From contig JAUQPU010000001.1 of the NCBI GenBank assembly GCA_030550235.1, positions 232,040 to 256,039 of the forward strand: a stretch of DNA of 24,000 nucleotides. The letters are read 5' to 3'. The notes below the pieces were generated by a model. The model saw nothing but the letters and a program-made list of their open reading frames with translations. It was not told the origin of the DNA and did not search any database. The translations under genes were made by a program, and so were the position numbers. Origin of the DNA: Thermoproteota archaeon (GTDB lineage: Archaea; Thermoproteota; Nitrososphaeria_A; Caldarchaeales; Calditenuaceae). Below, in pieces: positions 8,760 to 16,659 of the stretch. Within the stretch, counting starts at the first letter, position 1, and each line of letters opens with the position of its first letter.

Positions 8760-9003
8760 TCATTCTTAAGGAAAGCCGCAAACCTAAACTCTACCGCATA
8801 GAATGTTGTAACGTAAACAACTCACTTTTTCTAATGTTAGTCCTCCCACATATCCACTACTATGCTCATCCACCCTTGTCCCTGTTATGTTATATTGTAT
8901 AGACCGGCCAGAATAGACCGATGGCTAATCTCAAGACAAGTAAAAGACCCGCGGGTCAACTACCCAGTCAATGTCTCGTATGTAGGTTAAAAGTAGATAT
9001 CCG

Positions 9004-9135
9004 TGCGGGGGGTGGGATTCGAACCCACGAACCCATCCGCCCATATGAGCTCTCTGGCCTACGGGAGCGGGTCTCTCGACTCGGCTTAGGTAGATCTTAA
9101 GCCCGCCGCCTTTGACCTGGCTCGGCCACCCCCGC
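9004..9135 (-). tRNA. tRNA-Leu (anticodon UAA), class II, with two introns
   Basis: The reverse complement folds as follows: acceptor GCGGGGG/CCCCCGC with discriminator A, a 3 bp D stem, anticodon stem GCGGG/CCCGC with loop CUUAAGA, and T arm GUGGG-UUCGAAU-CCCAC. A 23 nt insert follows position 37, and about 21-24 extra nt sit in the variable arm. CCA is not encoded. An A/T-rich box (9158-9168) lies 23-33 nt upstream. Confidence 0.85.
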
Positions 9136-9157
9136 CTCAAAAGAGAATATCGACGGC

Positions 9158-9168
9158 TAAAAAATAAA
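9158..9168 (-). promoter_or_regulatory. TATA-like box for tRNA-Leu
   Basis: The minus strand reads tttatttttta, located 23-33 nt upstream of the tRNA 5' end at 9135. Confidence 0.45.
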
Positions 9169-9237
9169 CCGTCCGCATGCAAGGTCGGCCTTCAGGGGTA
9201 AAGACTTTAACCGAGTGTTGCAGGCTTTCTCACGGGG

Positions 9238-9309
9238 GCCCGGGTGGCCGAGCGGCTAGGCGGCGGCCTGCAGAGCCGCTTTACAGGGGTTCGAATCCCC
9301 TCCCGGGCT
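9238..9309 (+). tRNA. tRNA-Cys (anticodon GCA), intron-less
   Basis: 72 nt: acceptor GCCCGGG/CCCGGGC with discriminator U, anticodon stem GCGGC/GCCGC with loop CUGCAGA, and T arm AGGGG-UUCGAAU-CCCCU. A ctttaa box lies about 28-33 nt upstream. Confidence 0.9.
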
Positions 9310-9594
9310 ACGTTTGTAGCGGCACCCATTCTCACAGTTTTTAACTTTAACTTAGGCTAGTCTAAGGTGCTACTCTATCCGGCTTCATGGCTTGTGGAGG
9401 TTTTCTGAGCAGTTAACCTTTCGTGCCATCCTTCTCGCCTCCTCAGCTTCACTCTGCAATCTTTCTATATCATGTTTCGGCTCAGGTTCAACTGAAAAAT
9501 CGGCCTCGCAATGAAAGAAAAACAACAAGGGACTGGAATGCGGGAACTAAAATCACTAGGCCAAACAGACATCATCTATCATTATATCAACTGC

Positions 9595-9708
9595 TGCGGC
9601 GGCCGGGATTTGAACCCGGGACCCCCAGCGCTCTGCTCTGGCTGGAATGGCAGGCATCCACGCACTTTTGGGTGTGCTTGGTGTCCTACCAGGCTAGACT
9701 ACCGCCGC
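9595..9708 (-). tRNA. tRNA-Gly (anticodon GCC) with two introns
   Basis: The reverse complement gives acceptor GCGGCGG/CCGCCGC with discriminator A, D arm GUCU-AGCCUGGUA-GGAC, and T arm CCGGG-UUCAAAU-CCCGG. Removing a 23 nt insert after CCA (about position 29/30) and a 17 nt insert after position 37 restores CCAGC-CUGCCAC-GCUGG. The second insert forms a textbook bulge-helix-bulge: central helix CUGC:GCAG flanked by bulges CAU and AGC. Confidence 0.8.
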
Positions 9709-9734
9709 TTCAATGGATTCAGGTTATGACCCTG

Positions 9735-9744
9735 TATAAAAATT
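9735..9744 (-). promoter_or_regulatory. TATA-like box for tRNA-Gly
   Basis: The minus strand reads aatttttata, located 27-36 nt upstream of the tRNA 5' end at 9708. Confidence 0.45.
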
Positions 9745-9826
9745 CTAGGAGCCAAGCAACTGATGACCTAAGGGTCCACTCTTTAAGCACGTTTATCTAT
9801 TAGGGTCTTAGATAGAAGGTGAGGCT

Positions 9827-10549
9827 TTGGAGCCTGTTGTAGAAGTTGAGGATCTTTGGAAGTTTTTCGGAGAGCTGGCAGCTCTTAGGGGGATTAGCTT
9901 CAAGGTGAATGTGGGGGAGGTCTATGGGTTGATAGGACCGAATGGTGCAGGTAAGACAACGTGTTTCAGGATTCTAGCTACAATATTGAGGCCGGGCAGA
10001 GGATGTGCAAAGGTCTTGGGTGTGGATGTAGGGCAAGACCCCCAAAGGGTGAGGCGCATGATATCTTACCTTCCAGAGGATGCAGGAGTTTATAGAAGCC
10101 TGAGAGGTGTTGACTACATACGATTCCTTGCCGGCATCTACAACAGAGAGGAAGACGAGGCTATAGAGGAGGCTGAAGAGATTTCTGGACTCGGCAAGGC
10201 CCTCTATGATAGGATGGGCACATACAGTTTCGGGATGAGGAGGCGTATACTCCTCGCAGGCGCCCTAGTCGCCCACCCTAAACTAGCAATCCTTGACGAG
10301 CCCACCTCAGGACTTGATGTGACACACGCAGTCTATGTTAGAAACATGATCAAGAAATATTCGCGGCAGGGGATGACCTTCCTAATCTCTAGCCACAACA
10401 TGCTGGAAGTCGAGTATCTCTGCGATAGAATCTCATTCATCGATAGGGGAGAGATTATCGCTGAAGGGGAACCCAGATCACTTATGGAGAACTCCGGAGC
10501 CAAGAATCTAGAGGAACTCTTCCTATCCATAAGGAGGGGTGGAGATTGA
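9827..10549 (+). CDS. ABC transporter ATP-binding protein (ABC-2 / NatA-like)
   Basis: Walker A GPNGAGKTT, signature-like YSFGMRRR, Walker B LAILDEPTSGLD, and an H-loop SSHNM. It has a TTG start preceded by ggtgagg. Confidence 0.9.
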   Translation: MEPVVEVEDLWKFFGELAALRGISFKVNVGEVYGLIGPNGAGKTTCFRILATILRPGRGCAKVLGVDVGQDPQRVRRMISYLPEDAGVYRSLRGVDYIRFLAGIYNREEDEAIEEAEEISGLGKALYDRMGTYSFGMRRRILLAGALVAHPKLAILDEPTSGLDVTHAVYVRNMIKKYSRQGMTFLISSHNMLEVEYLCDRISFIDRGEIIAEGEPRSLMENSGAKNLEELFLSIRRGGD

Positions 10550-11859
10550 GCTTCAGGGCCTTGACGGTGAAGGAACTGCGCGAGCTCCTAATGGAGAAGT
10601 CGGTCCTCATAGGTATCTTGATTATGCCCCTCATAATCTTCCCACTCCTAGGGATGACTATGAGAGCAGGGGCCTCTGCAACCGAGCGCGCGCAGCAGGG
10701 GTTTGAGGCGCTAGTTTTAGACATGGATGGAGGATGGGCCTCCCAAGAGTTGATACAGACATTAAGTCAGGGTGGGGTCAGGCTAAAGCAGCTGTCCAGT
10801 GGGGATGATGTGGAAAAGACGCTAGCTGCCTCAGACATAAAGTTTCTAATACTCATTCCTCCAGGCTTCACACACAACATCAGCATACCTAGCCAGGCGT
10901 CACTCCAGATATACTATCGTTTAGAGAGGCCATCAGTCTTTGAGCTACAGACATTACAGAGCTTCCTCAGCCTAGTCAGTCTTTCCTCAACCATTCTCGG
11001 AGAAAGGCTTGCAGAGAGGGTGGGGATCGACGCTAGGTTCTATAGGTCACCATTAACATTATCTCAATCAATCGTATATCAAGGGGAAATATTCGAGGAT
11101 GGCTCGGTGGCTTTTTTACCCATATTCTACCTCTCCACAATACTACCACTAGGAATATTCATAATCTCCATCACAGCCGGCACAGTCTCAGCCACGAGTC
11201 TCGGGATGGAAAAGGAAGCGAAGACGCTTGAGATCCTGTTAACACTGCCCGTCAACAGGATAAAGCTCCTCGCAGCTAAACTCCTCAGCTCGGTGTTCTT
11301 GGCTATTCTTGGCGGGGCCTCCTTCACTCTGGGATTCCTCTTTTATTTTCAGGGTGTAATGTCTATTGCTAGTGAGTCCTCAGAGGCTAGCTTCCAAGCT
11401 CCATCCGAGGTCCTGGCGACGTTCTATAACTTTTCTATAACGACCTTCATCCTTCTGGGAGTAGTTATTGTAGTCTCTCTCGTATTGACATTAGCTATCG
11501 GAATGCTGGCAGGCATCCTTGCCGGAGACGTGCGGGGAGGCCAACAACTTGCATCGCTTCTCTTAGCTCTACTCTTCCTCCCACCATTCATCCTACAGCA
11601 GTTCACAAGCTTCAGCATGCTTGAGCCCACAACTCAAATCCTTATGATGCTCAACCCCGTTACCCACATATTTCTAGCATTTGAGTCGGCAATTGCCTCT
11701 GACTACTTCTCCATACTCGTCCATCTCACAGTCACAACCTTCTACATAGCCTTGCTTCTGGGCATTGCTGCATGGATATTCAGTGGGGAGAGGCTGATAT
11801 CTCTTAGAATCAAGCTAGGGAGGGGAATAGGTTTGGGGCTCAGACCCCAGACTAAGTAG
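10546..11859 (+). CDS. ABC-2 family permease (NatB-like, large extracytoplasmic loop after TM1)
   Basis: It overlaps the upstream ATPase gene by 4 nt (TTGA). It has an N-terminal TM helix, a soluble loop of about 150 aa, then about 5 hydrophobic helices. Confidence 0.85.
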   Translation: MSFRALTVKELRELLMEKSVLIGILIMPLIIFPLLGMTMRAGASATERAQQGFEALVLDMDGGWASQELIQTLSQGGVRLKQLSSGDDVEKTLAASDIKFLILIPPGFTHNISIPSQASLQIYYRLERPSVFELQTLQSFLSLVSLSSTILGERLAERVGIDARFYRSPLTLSQSIVYQGEIFEDGSVAFLPIFYLSTILPLGIFIISITAGTVSATSLGMEKEAKTLEILLTLPVNRIKLLAAKLLSSVFLAILGGASFTLGFLFYFQGVMSIASESSEASFQAPSEVLATFYNFSITTFILLGVVIVVSLVLTLAIGMLAGILAGDVRGGQQLASLLLALLFLPPFILQQFTSFSMLEPTTQILMMLNPVTHIFLAFESAIASDYFSILVHLTVTTFYIALLLGIAAWIFSGERLISLRIKLGRGIGLGLRPQTK

Positions 11860-11898
11860 AAGATATTTACCATCCCCACTACTACGCGCCTAGGAAAC

Positions 11899-13488
11899 TT
11901 GCTGGGGGAGATAATAGCCGCGGTTACACTTTCTTGGGCTAGAATTACTGTAGCGCTGGCCATCTCGGCGTTGGCAGCGGTTATAATCGGGATATATTCC
12001 GGGATAAGCAGGAGGGTGGATAGAGTAGTAATCCCCGTCCTAGACATCCTACAGAGCGTCCCCATACTTGGATTCTTCCCCGTAGCAGTCTATTACCTCG
12101 CAAACGCCGTCCCGCTACTGGGCTATGAGCTAGCATCAATCTTCCTCATATTTACATGCACCTTCTGGAACTTGGCGTTTTCTGTCTACGAGGGCGCTAG
12201 ATCCATTCCCCAGTCGCTGGTCGAGGTGGCTGAGCTCAGCAAGCTATCAATGAGGGATAAACTTAGGAAGATTTACATCCCAGCCATCTTCCCCGGACTT
12301 GTAGACCAGCTCCCCGCAAGCCTCGCGAACGCCTTCTACTTCCTTGCAGCCAGCGAGGTTATAACTCTAGGAGGGGCTCAAGTGAATGTTTTAGGCATTG
12401 GGGCTCTGATTCTTAAGTATCAAGAGGCCGGAAATTATGCAGGTATAGCCCTCGGTCTGGTGACGGTCGCGCTAAGTATTGTTGCAGTATACCTTTTAGT
12501 CTTGTTACCTCTAATTGCCTACTCCGATAAGTATAGGTTCGATATAATTCAGCCTCCCGAGGTACAGAGAACACCCTTGATCATAGGTGTCTATACAAGG
12601 ATTAAATCCATACACGCTCCGTTGGGGGTCAAGTCCAAGCGTCTTGCAGGCTTAGCCCACCGAATAAACCTGATACAGATGGTCAACACGAGATACATGA
12701 GGAGTGACATTAGACGGCTTCTATTCGTAATAGTTATGATAGGGCTGCTCATCTTCTTGGGGCCGAGAATCTACGCTAGTATAGACGATGCTTGGGCCGC
12801 TGTTGTAGTTGTGGCTGAGGCCGGCCTGAGGCTTGGATTAATAAGTGTGGGTGAGGCTCTCGCCTACTCTTTCCTACGCGTCCTCGTATGTCTAGCTCTG
12901 ATGACGGCTTTAACCCTGCCGCTCGTATTCATAATAACTGAGAAGCCTCACATCAAGTCTGCCCTTCTCCCAGCCTTCCAAATCGTGGCAGCCCTCCCAT
13001 CACCCCTAATCTTCCCACTCATTTCGAGACTGTTCGAGGCGGGGGCATTGCCAAGAGAGTTTGGCGCCATCCTACTTATGGCACTGGGTTCATTCTGGTA
13101 TGTCTTCTACTCTGCCCTAGGCGGCTTCAGCCATGTCCACACGGAGTATCTTGAGCTGGCCAAGATGTATAACCTCTCAAGCTTCAAGAGGCTTAGGTAT
13201 ATTTACCTCCCATTCGCGACACCCTCACTGGTGACCGGTTTGATAACCGCGAGCGGCGGGGCATGGAACACGTTGATTATAGCGGAAAGGCTGGGCCAAG
13301 GTGGAAGAATATTTGAGGTCTATTCACCAGGTCTAGGCAAGTTGATGTCTACGCTCGCCGAGCTGGCAGACATCCCGGCCTTAGTGCTTACAGTAATAGC
13401 CATGACTATTGTTGTGCTACTTGTCAACAGACTCCTGTGGCGGTCACTATATGACTACTCTATAAGAGCACTGAGAATTCATGAGTAG
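11899..13488 (+). CDS. ABC transporter permease, duplicated (anion / nitrate-sulfonate-bicarbonate type, COG4986-like)
   Basis: 529 aa, highly hydrophobic, with two permease-like halves. It lies immediately upstream of, and overlaps, a TauB/SsuB-like ATPase gene. Confidence 0.8.
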   Translation: MLGEIIAAVTLSWARITVALAISALAAVIIGIYSGISRRVDRVVIPVLDILQSVPILGFFPVAVYYLANAVPLLGYELASIFLIFTCTFWNLAFSVYEGARSIPQSLVEVAELSKLSMRDKLRKIYIPAIFPGLVDQLPASLANAFYFLAASEVITLGGAQVNVLGIGALILKYQEAGNYAGIALGLVTVALSIVAVYLLVLLPLIAYSDKYRFDIIQPPEVQRTPLIIGVYTRIKSIHAPLGVKSKRLAGLAHRINLIQMVNTRYMRSDIRRLLFVIVMIGLLIFLGPRIYASIDDAWAAVVVVAEAGLRLGLISVGEALAYSFLRVLVCLALMTALTLPLVFIITEKPHIKSALLPAFQIVAALPSPLIFPLISRLFEAGALPREFGAILLMALGSFWYVFYSALGGFSHVHTEYLELAKMYNLSSFKRLRYIYLPFATPSLVTGLITASGGAWNTLIIAERLGQGGRIFEVYSPGLGKLMSTLAELADIPALVLTVIAMTIVVLLVNRLLWRSLYDYSIRALRIHE

Positions 13489-14248
13489 CCCTGAGACACT
13501 ATTAGAACTCAGGAACGTGACACATGGATATCATATGAGGGCTGGTGCTACACTCAAGATTATCGAAAACTTAAACATACAGGTCGGGTATGGAGAGTTT
13601 CTCGGAATAGTTGGCCCGAGTGGATGCGGGAAGAGCACTATACTACGGATAATGGCTGGGCTCATAAAGCCCTTGTCAGGCACAGTAATCTTCAGGGGAG
13701 AGGTTTTGACCGGTACCACACCCCGCATATCCCTGATGCACCAGACCCCCCCGCTACTTCCTTGGCTTACAGTGGGAGAAAATGTCTATCTCGCCCTCAT
13801 CTCCAGAAGCGACCTGACGGAGGAGGAGAAGAGGCTGAAGGCCTCGCAGCTCATCGAGCTTGTTGATCTTGCAGGATATGAATCGGCCTACCCACACGAG
13901 CTCAGCGGCGGTATGAAGCAAAGAGTAGCACTTGCCAGAGCACTGGTCACTGACCCCGATCTTCTCCTTTTAGACGAGCCCTTCAGCAACCTCGACCCCC
14001 TAACTTCGCTCAGCTTGAGCAGAGAGATAGAGTACATGTGGCTGGAGTCAACCCTCCCCCCTATCTCAGTAGTCATGGTCTCACACAACATTGAGGAGGT
14101 TGTCATGCTGTCAGATAGGATAATAGTCCTTGGCGGTAGACCAGCGAGAATCTTGGCAGAGGTGCCTATAGAGATGGGGAGGCCAAGAAATAAGAAATCG
14201 GAGGAGTTCTACAGACTAGTCGACGAGGTATTCTCGCTTATTAGCTGA
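13481..14248 (+). CDS. ABC transporter ATP-binding protein (nitrate/sulfonate/taurine family, COG1116-like)
   Basis: Walker A GPSGCGKST, signature LSGGMKQRVALARAL, Walker B LLLLDEPFSNLD. It overlaps the permease gene by 8 nt. Confidence 0.9.
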   Translation: MSSPETLLELRNVTHGYHMRAGATLKIIENLNIQVGYGEFLGIVGPSGCGKSTILRIMAGLIKPLSGTVIFRGEVLTGTTPRISLMHQTPPLLPWLTVGENVYLALISRSDLTEEEKRLKASQLIELVDLAGYESAYPHELSGGMKQRVALARALVTDPDLLLLDEPFSNLDPLTSLSLSREIEYMWLESTLPPISVVMVSHNIEEVVMLSDRIIVLGGRPARILAEVPIEMGRPRNKKSEEFYRLVDEVFSLIS

Positions 14249-14741
14249 TCTTCACACCCCTTTTGAGTCTAAACGACCCATTTTCACCGTCATACTCAAG
14301 GTAGCCTGTAGTCACCAGCCAGTCTAGAAGGAATGATTTAGCCCTTGAGATACTTTCCGGATGTTCGTCACAGAGTTGCAGGTCTTTACAAAGTTGCTCG
14401 ACAGTTATCGGCTGTTTCTTGCTTGCCATGTAGTGGATAACGGATCTGAAGGGCTCGACGTTTTTTACAAGGTCCCGCAGCACCCTAATCTTACCAGAGT
14501 ATCTCTTCCTGGAGAAGGAGACTCCCTGCTCAGTCAGTATGGCGTCCCCCTCGCTGACCCTAACTAGGCCGAGAGCCTCGCAGGTCTCAAGTATCTCCAG
14601 AACAAGCCCCGACTCCATACCTACCTCGCTCACAATTGTGGCTACATCTGCCCTATTCTTCAGGAGCGTTAAGACCTCAACCAACCCTGAAACCATTGCT
14701 GGAGTAACTTGTATGGGGCATCTGGGCCCCTGTTGGTCCAA
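14241..14741 (-). CDS. AAA-associated-domain protein (PF09821/COG4754-like, predicted winged helix), likely partner of the adjacent ABC system
   Basis: 166 aa. VSGLVEVLTLLKNRADVATIVSEVGMESGLVLEILETCEALGLVRVSEGDAILTEQG resembles the domain that, as I recall, is often fused to the C-terminus of these ATPases. It is convergent with the ATPase gene and overlaps it tail-to-tail by 8 nt. Confidence 0.6.
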   Translation of the reverse strand: MDQQGPRCPIQVTPAMVSGLVEVLTLLKNRADVATIVSEVGMESGLVLEILETCEALGLVRVSEGDAILTEQGVSFSRKRYSGKIRVLRDLVKNVEPFRSVIHYMASKKQPITVEQLCKDLQLCDEHPESISRAKSFLLDWLVTTGYLEYDGENGSFRLKRGVKIS

Positions 14742-14771
14742 CTCCCTTCCTATTAGAATTGTCGTAACCCC

Positions 14772-14779
14772 CTATATAA
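14772..14779 (-). promoter_or_regulatory. TATA-like box (ttatatag on the minus strand) upstream of the 14741 start
   Basis: It lies 31-38 nt upstream of the ATG at 14741, in a 100 bp AT-rich spacer. Confidence 0.35.
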
Positions 14780-14841
14780 CCATGCGGATTTATATCTGCC
14801 TCTTAGCCCGAAAATACGACAGACTTATAAAGAATTCTGTT

Positions 14842-15993
14842 TCACCGGCGTAGTAGAAGTTCAAGCACCCTCTCCACAGGCTTAACATTGGCAACGAATC
14901 TAGAATATCTCTGGAGGTCTGAGTCATCTATTCTGTCCAAGGCATTTTTTATGGCTTGTTTTAGGCTCTCCGCGCTGACCTCCCCTTCCTTTAGAGTCAC
15001 TGCGACTCGGTTCTGAGTGAGGGATTTTGCGTTTGACTCCTGCTCTGTTTGCCTAGGTATCGGTATCAGAACGAGCCTGCATTTGAAGGCTAGGGCCTTG
15101 GCTGTGAGGGTCTGACCAGCCCTCGTCACAACGACGTCAGCAGCACCCAGAAGCTCATACTCATCATCATACCACTCCACGAGCCTCAGTCTATCATCAC
15201 CGCGGCTCACCCCCAAGCCACCGCGAACCCCTGTCATAATGATTTGAAGATCCTTGAGATGTAGAAGGAGAGGAGTTATAATCTCTATGAATCGGGCCCG
15301 GTCTGGGCGCGGTCCAGTAGGTATTATCGCCACAAGTGGGAGTGAGGGGTCGAGCCCCATCCTCTCCTTTATCTTTGCCCTCGACTGGTAGTCGCTAGGA
15401 ATCTTCTCCAACATCGGGCCTATATACTCTACACGTCGCTCGTCCTTATCACGCATTACTAGGTTGTCTCTCGAAATGGTTAATGGGGGTGGGTAGTCGG
15501 CTATTAGAAGGCTGTCGGAGAGGCTCCAAGCGATAGTGAAGGAGTTTATGAAGTCTTCGAAGAACGAGGAGAGCCCTGGTAAGCGGTCCTTCTGCAGTAT
15601 TACATTGTACTGATTGATAATGAGAATGCTTGGAACGCCAGTTATACGCGAGGCTAAGACGGCAGATGCCCTGGTGTCGGCTAATATCGCGTCTGCTTCG
15701 GACTCCTCGATGATTTGAGCCTCAATCAGTGTCTGAGCCATGACTTTTAGGGGGAGGAAGAGATTCTTCAATAATGTCGCCTTTATGCTAACTTCTCCCC
15801 GGTCAGTCCTCCCATAGTCAAGGCCGGGGACTCTCAAGACACTTATACCGTACCTCTCAAAATAGTCCACCGCATCCCCATAGGTCGAGACGGTTACCCT
15901 AACCCCCCGCCTGATAGACTCAAGTATGAGTGGCTTACACCTTGAGGCATGTCCCAACCCTATCCCACATACGCTGAAGTGGATATGCCGCAT
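14842..15993 (-). CDS. Glycosyltransferase (GT1/GT28-like, MJ1255/MurG-type)
   Basis: The N-terminus MRHIHFSVCGIGLGHASRCKPL is the typical G-x-G-H motif. The C-terminal half reads VVTRAGQTLTAKALAFKCRLVLIPIP...EQESNA. I prefer the ATG at 15993. The ORF track uses the GTG at 16020, which overlaps the AMMECR1 stop. Confidence 0.8.
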   Translation of the reverse strand: MRHIHFSVCGIGLGHASRCKPLILESIRRGVRVTVSTYGDAVDYFERYGISVLRVPGLDYGRTDRGEVSIKATLLKNLFLPLKVMAQTLIEAQIIEESEADAILADTRASAVLASRITGVPSILIINQYNVILQKDRLPGLSSFFEDFINSFTIAWSLSDSLLIADYPPPLTISRDNLVMRDKDERRVEYIGPMLEKIPSDYQSRAKIKERMGLDPSLPLVAIIPTGPRPDRARFIEIITPLLLHLKDLQIIMTGVRGGLGVSRGDDRLRLVEWYDDEYELLGAADVVVTRAGQTLTAKALAFKCRLVLIPIPRQTEQESNAKSLTQNRVAVTLKEGEVSAESLKQAIKNALDRIDDSDLQRYSRFVANVKPVERVLELLLRR

Positions 15994-16013
15994 CGACCAA
16001 ATCCCCAAGGAGT

Positions 16014-16628
16014 TTAACACTGTTTGGCTGTTATTGTAACCCGCCTCACAGGGCCTCGAGGAGACTCCTCTGCAAAAATATCCGCGTTGAACTTGTAAAT
16101 CTTCACGTCCCTTCTAAGCCAGTGGGTAGGTCTCAATCCGGCTTTAATACAGAGGTGCATAAGAAACTCCTCTGCATCCCAGCCATACTCGACAGGGACT
16201 TGGGGGAGTAGGAGGCCTGAACCCTCGTCCGCCTCTATTATTAGGCCATCTAGTCCGACTCTGATATGTTGGGGGAGTGTGGAGGGTGGCTCCGCTGATA
16301 TTCTCTCGGGATCTGTGAGGAGACTGAGTTCTAGGATGACCTCGTCCGCCTCTGACTTGGTTAATGGGGGGAATCGGGGGTCGTAGAAGGCTGCAAGCCT
16401 AGCGGCCATCATCGTGTCGTCGACGATGTTGGAGCGGGCTATTGGTATCCCCATGCAGCCCCTCAGCTCTTTAGAGTCATAGACGTAGAGCGTGACGAAG
16501 ACGCCTCTCCGGATATCGGTGTCCCGGAGCTCACTAACCGCAACCGGCTGTGTCTGAAGCCCAAGTTCGTCCTCAATAGCCCACCTGGCGAGCCTAACCA
16601 GCCTAACTCCAACCTCGTCACTTAGCAT
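16014..16628 (-). CDS. AMMECR1 domain protein
   Basis: 204 aa with the family hallmark LRGCMGIP and a PRFPPL motif. Confidence 0.9.
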   Translation of the reverse strand: MLSDEVGVRLVRLARWAIEDELGLQTQPVAVSELRDTDIRRGVFVTLYVYDSKELRGCMGIPIARSNIVDDTMMAARLAAFYDPRFPPLTKSEADEVILELSLLTDPERISAEPPSTLPQHIRVGLDGLIIEADEGSGLLLPQVPVEYGWDAEEFLMHLCIKAGLRPTHWLRRDVKIYKFNADIFAEESPRGPVRRVTITAKQC

Positions 16629-16659
16629 GGCCTAGAAACATAGTTGTGGGTACAGTCTT

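Noticed and set aside
6154-9003. A searched-for copy of a tRNA-Leu 3' or 5' segment (att site) and an integrase gene that would define a classical integrated element.
   Set aside because: I could see no convincing repeat of tRNA sequence, and the segment has no integrase or transposase ORF. Only the weaker collinear block similarity, reported as a finding, remains.
8931-9182. An 83-aa ORF on the minus strand.
   Set aside because: It lies directly over the tRNA-Leu gene (9004-9135) and its promoter. The translation is Gly/Arg/Pro-rich with no protein character.
9520-9594. A C/D box sRNA candidate on the minus strand downstream of tRNA-Gly (gatgatgt...gtgatttt...).
   Set aside because: The C box is imperfect (UGAUGU), and the nearest CUGA lies about 95 nt away. 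No D'/C' pair occurs at the usual 12-nt guide spacing.
9423-9803. Plus-strand ORFs of 126 aa and 72 aa (9423..9803 and 9511..9729).
   Set aside because: They read antisense through the tRNA-Gly gene (9595-9708) and its flanks. They are non-ATG or weak ORFs with low-complexity translations.
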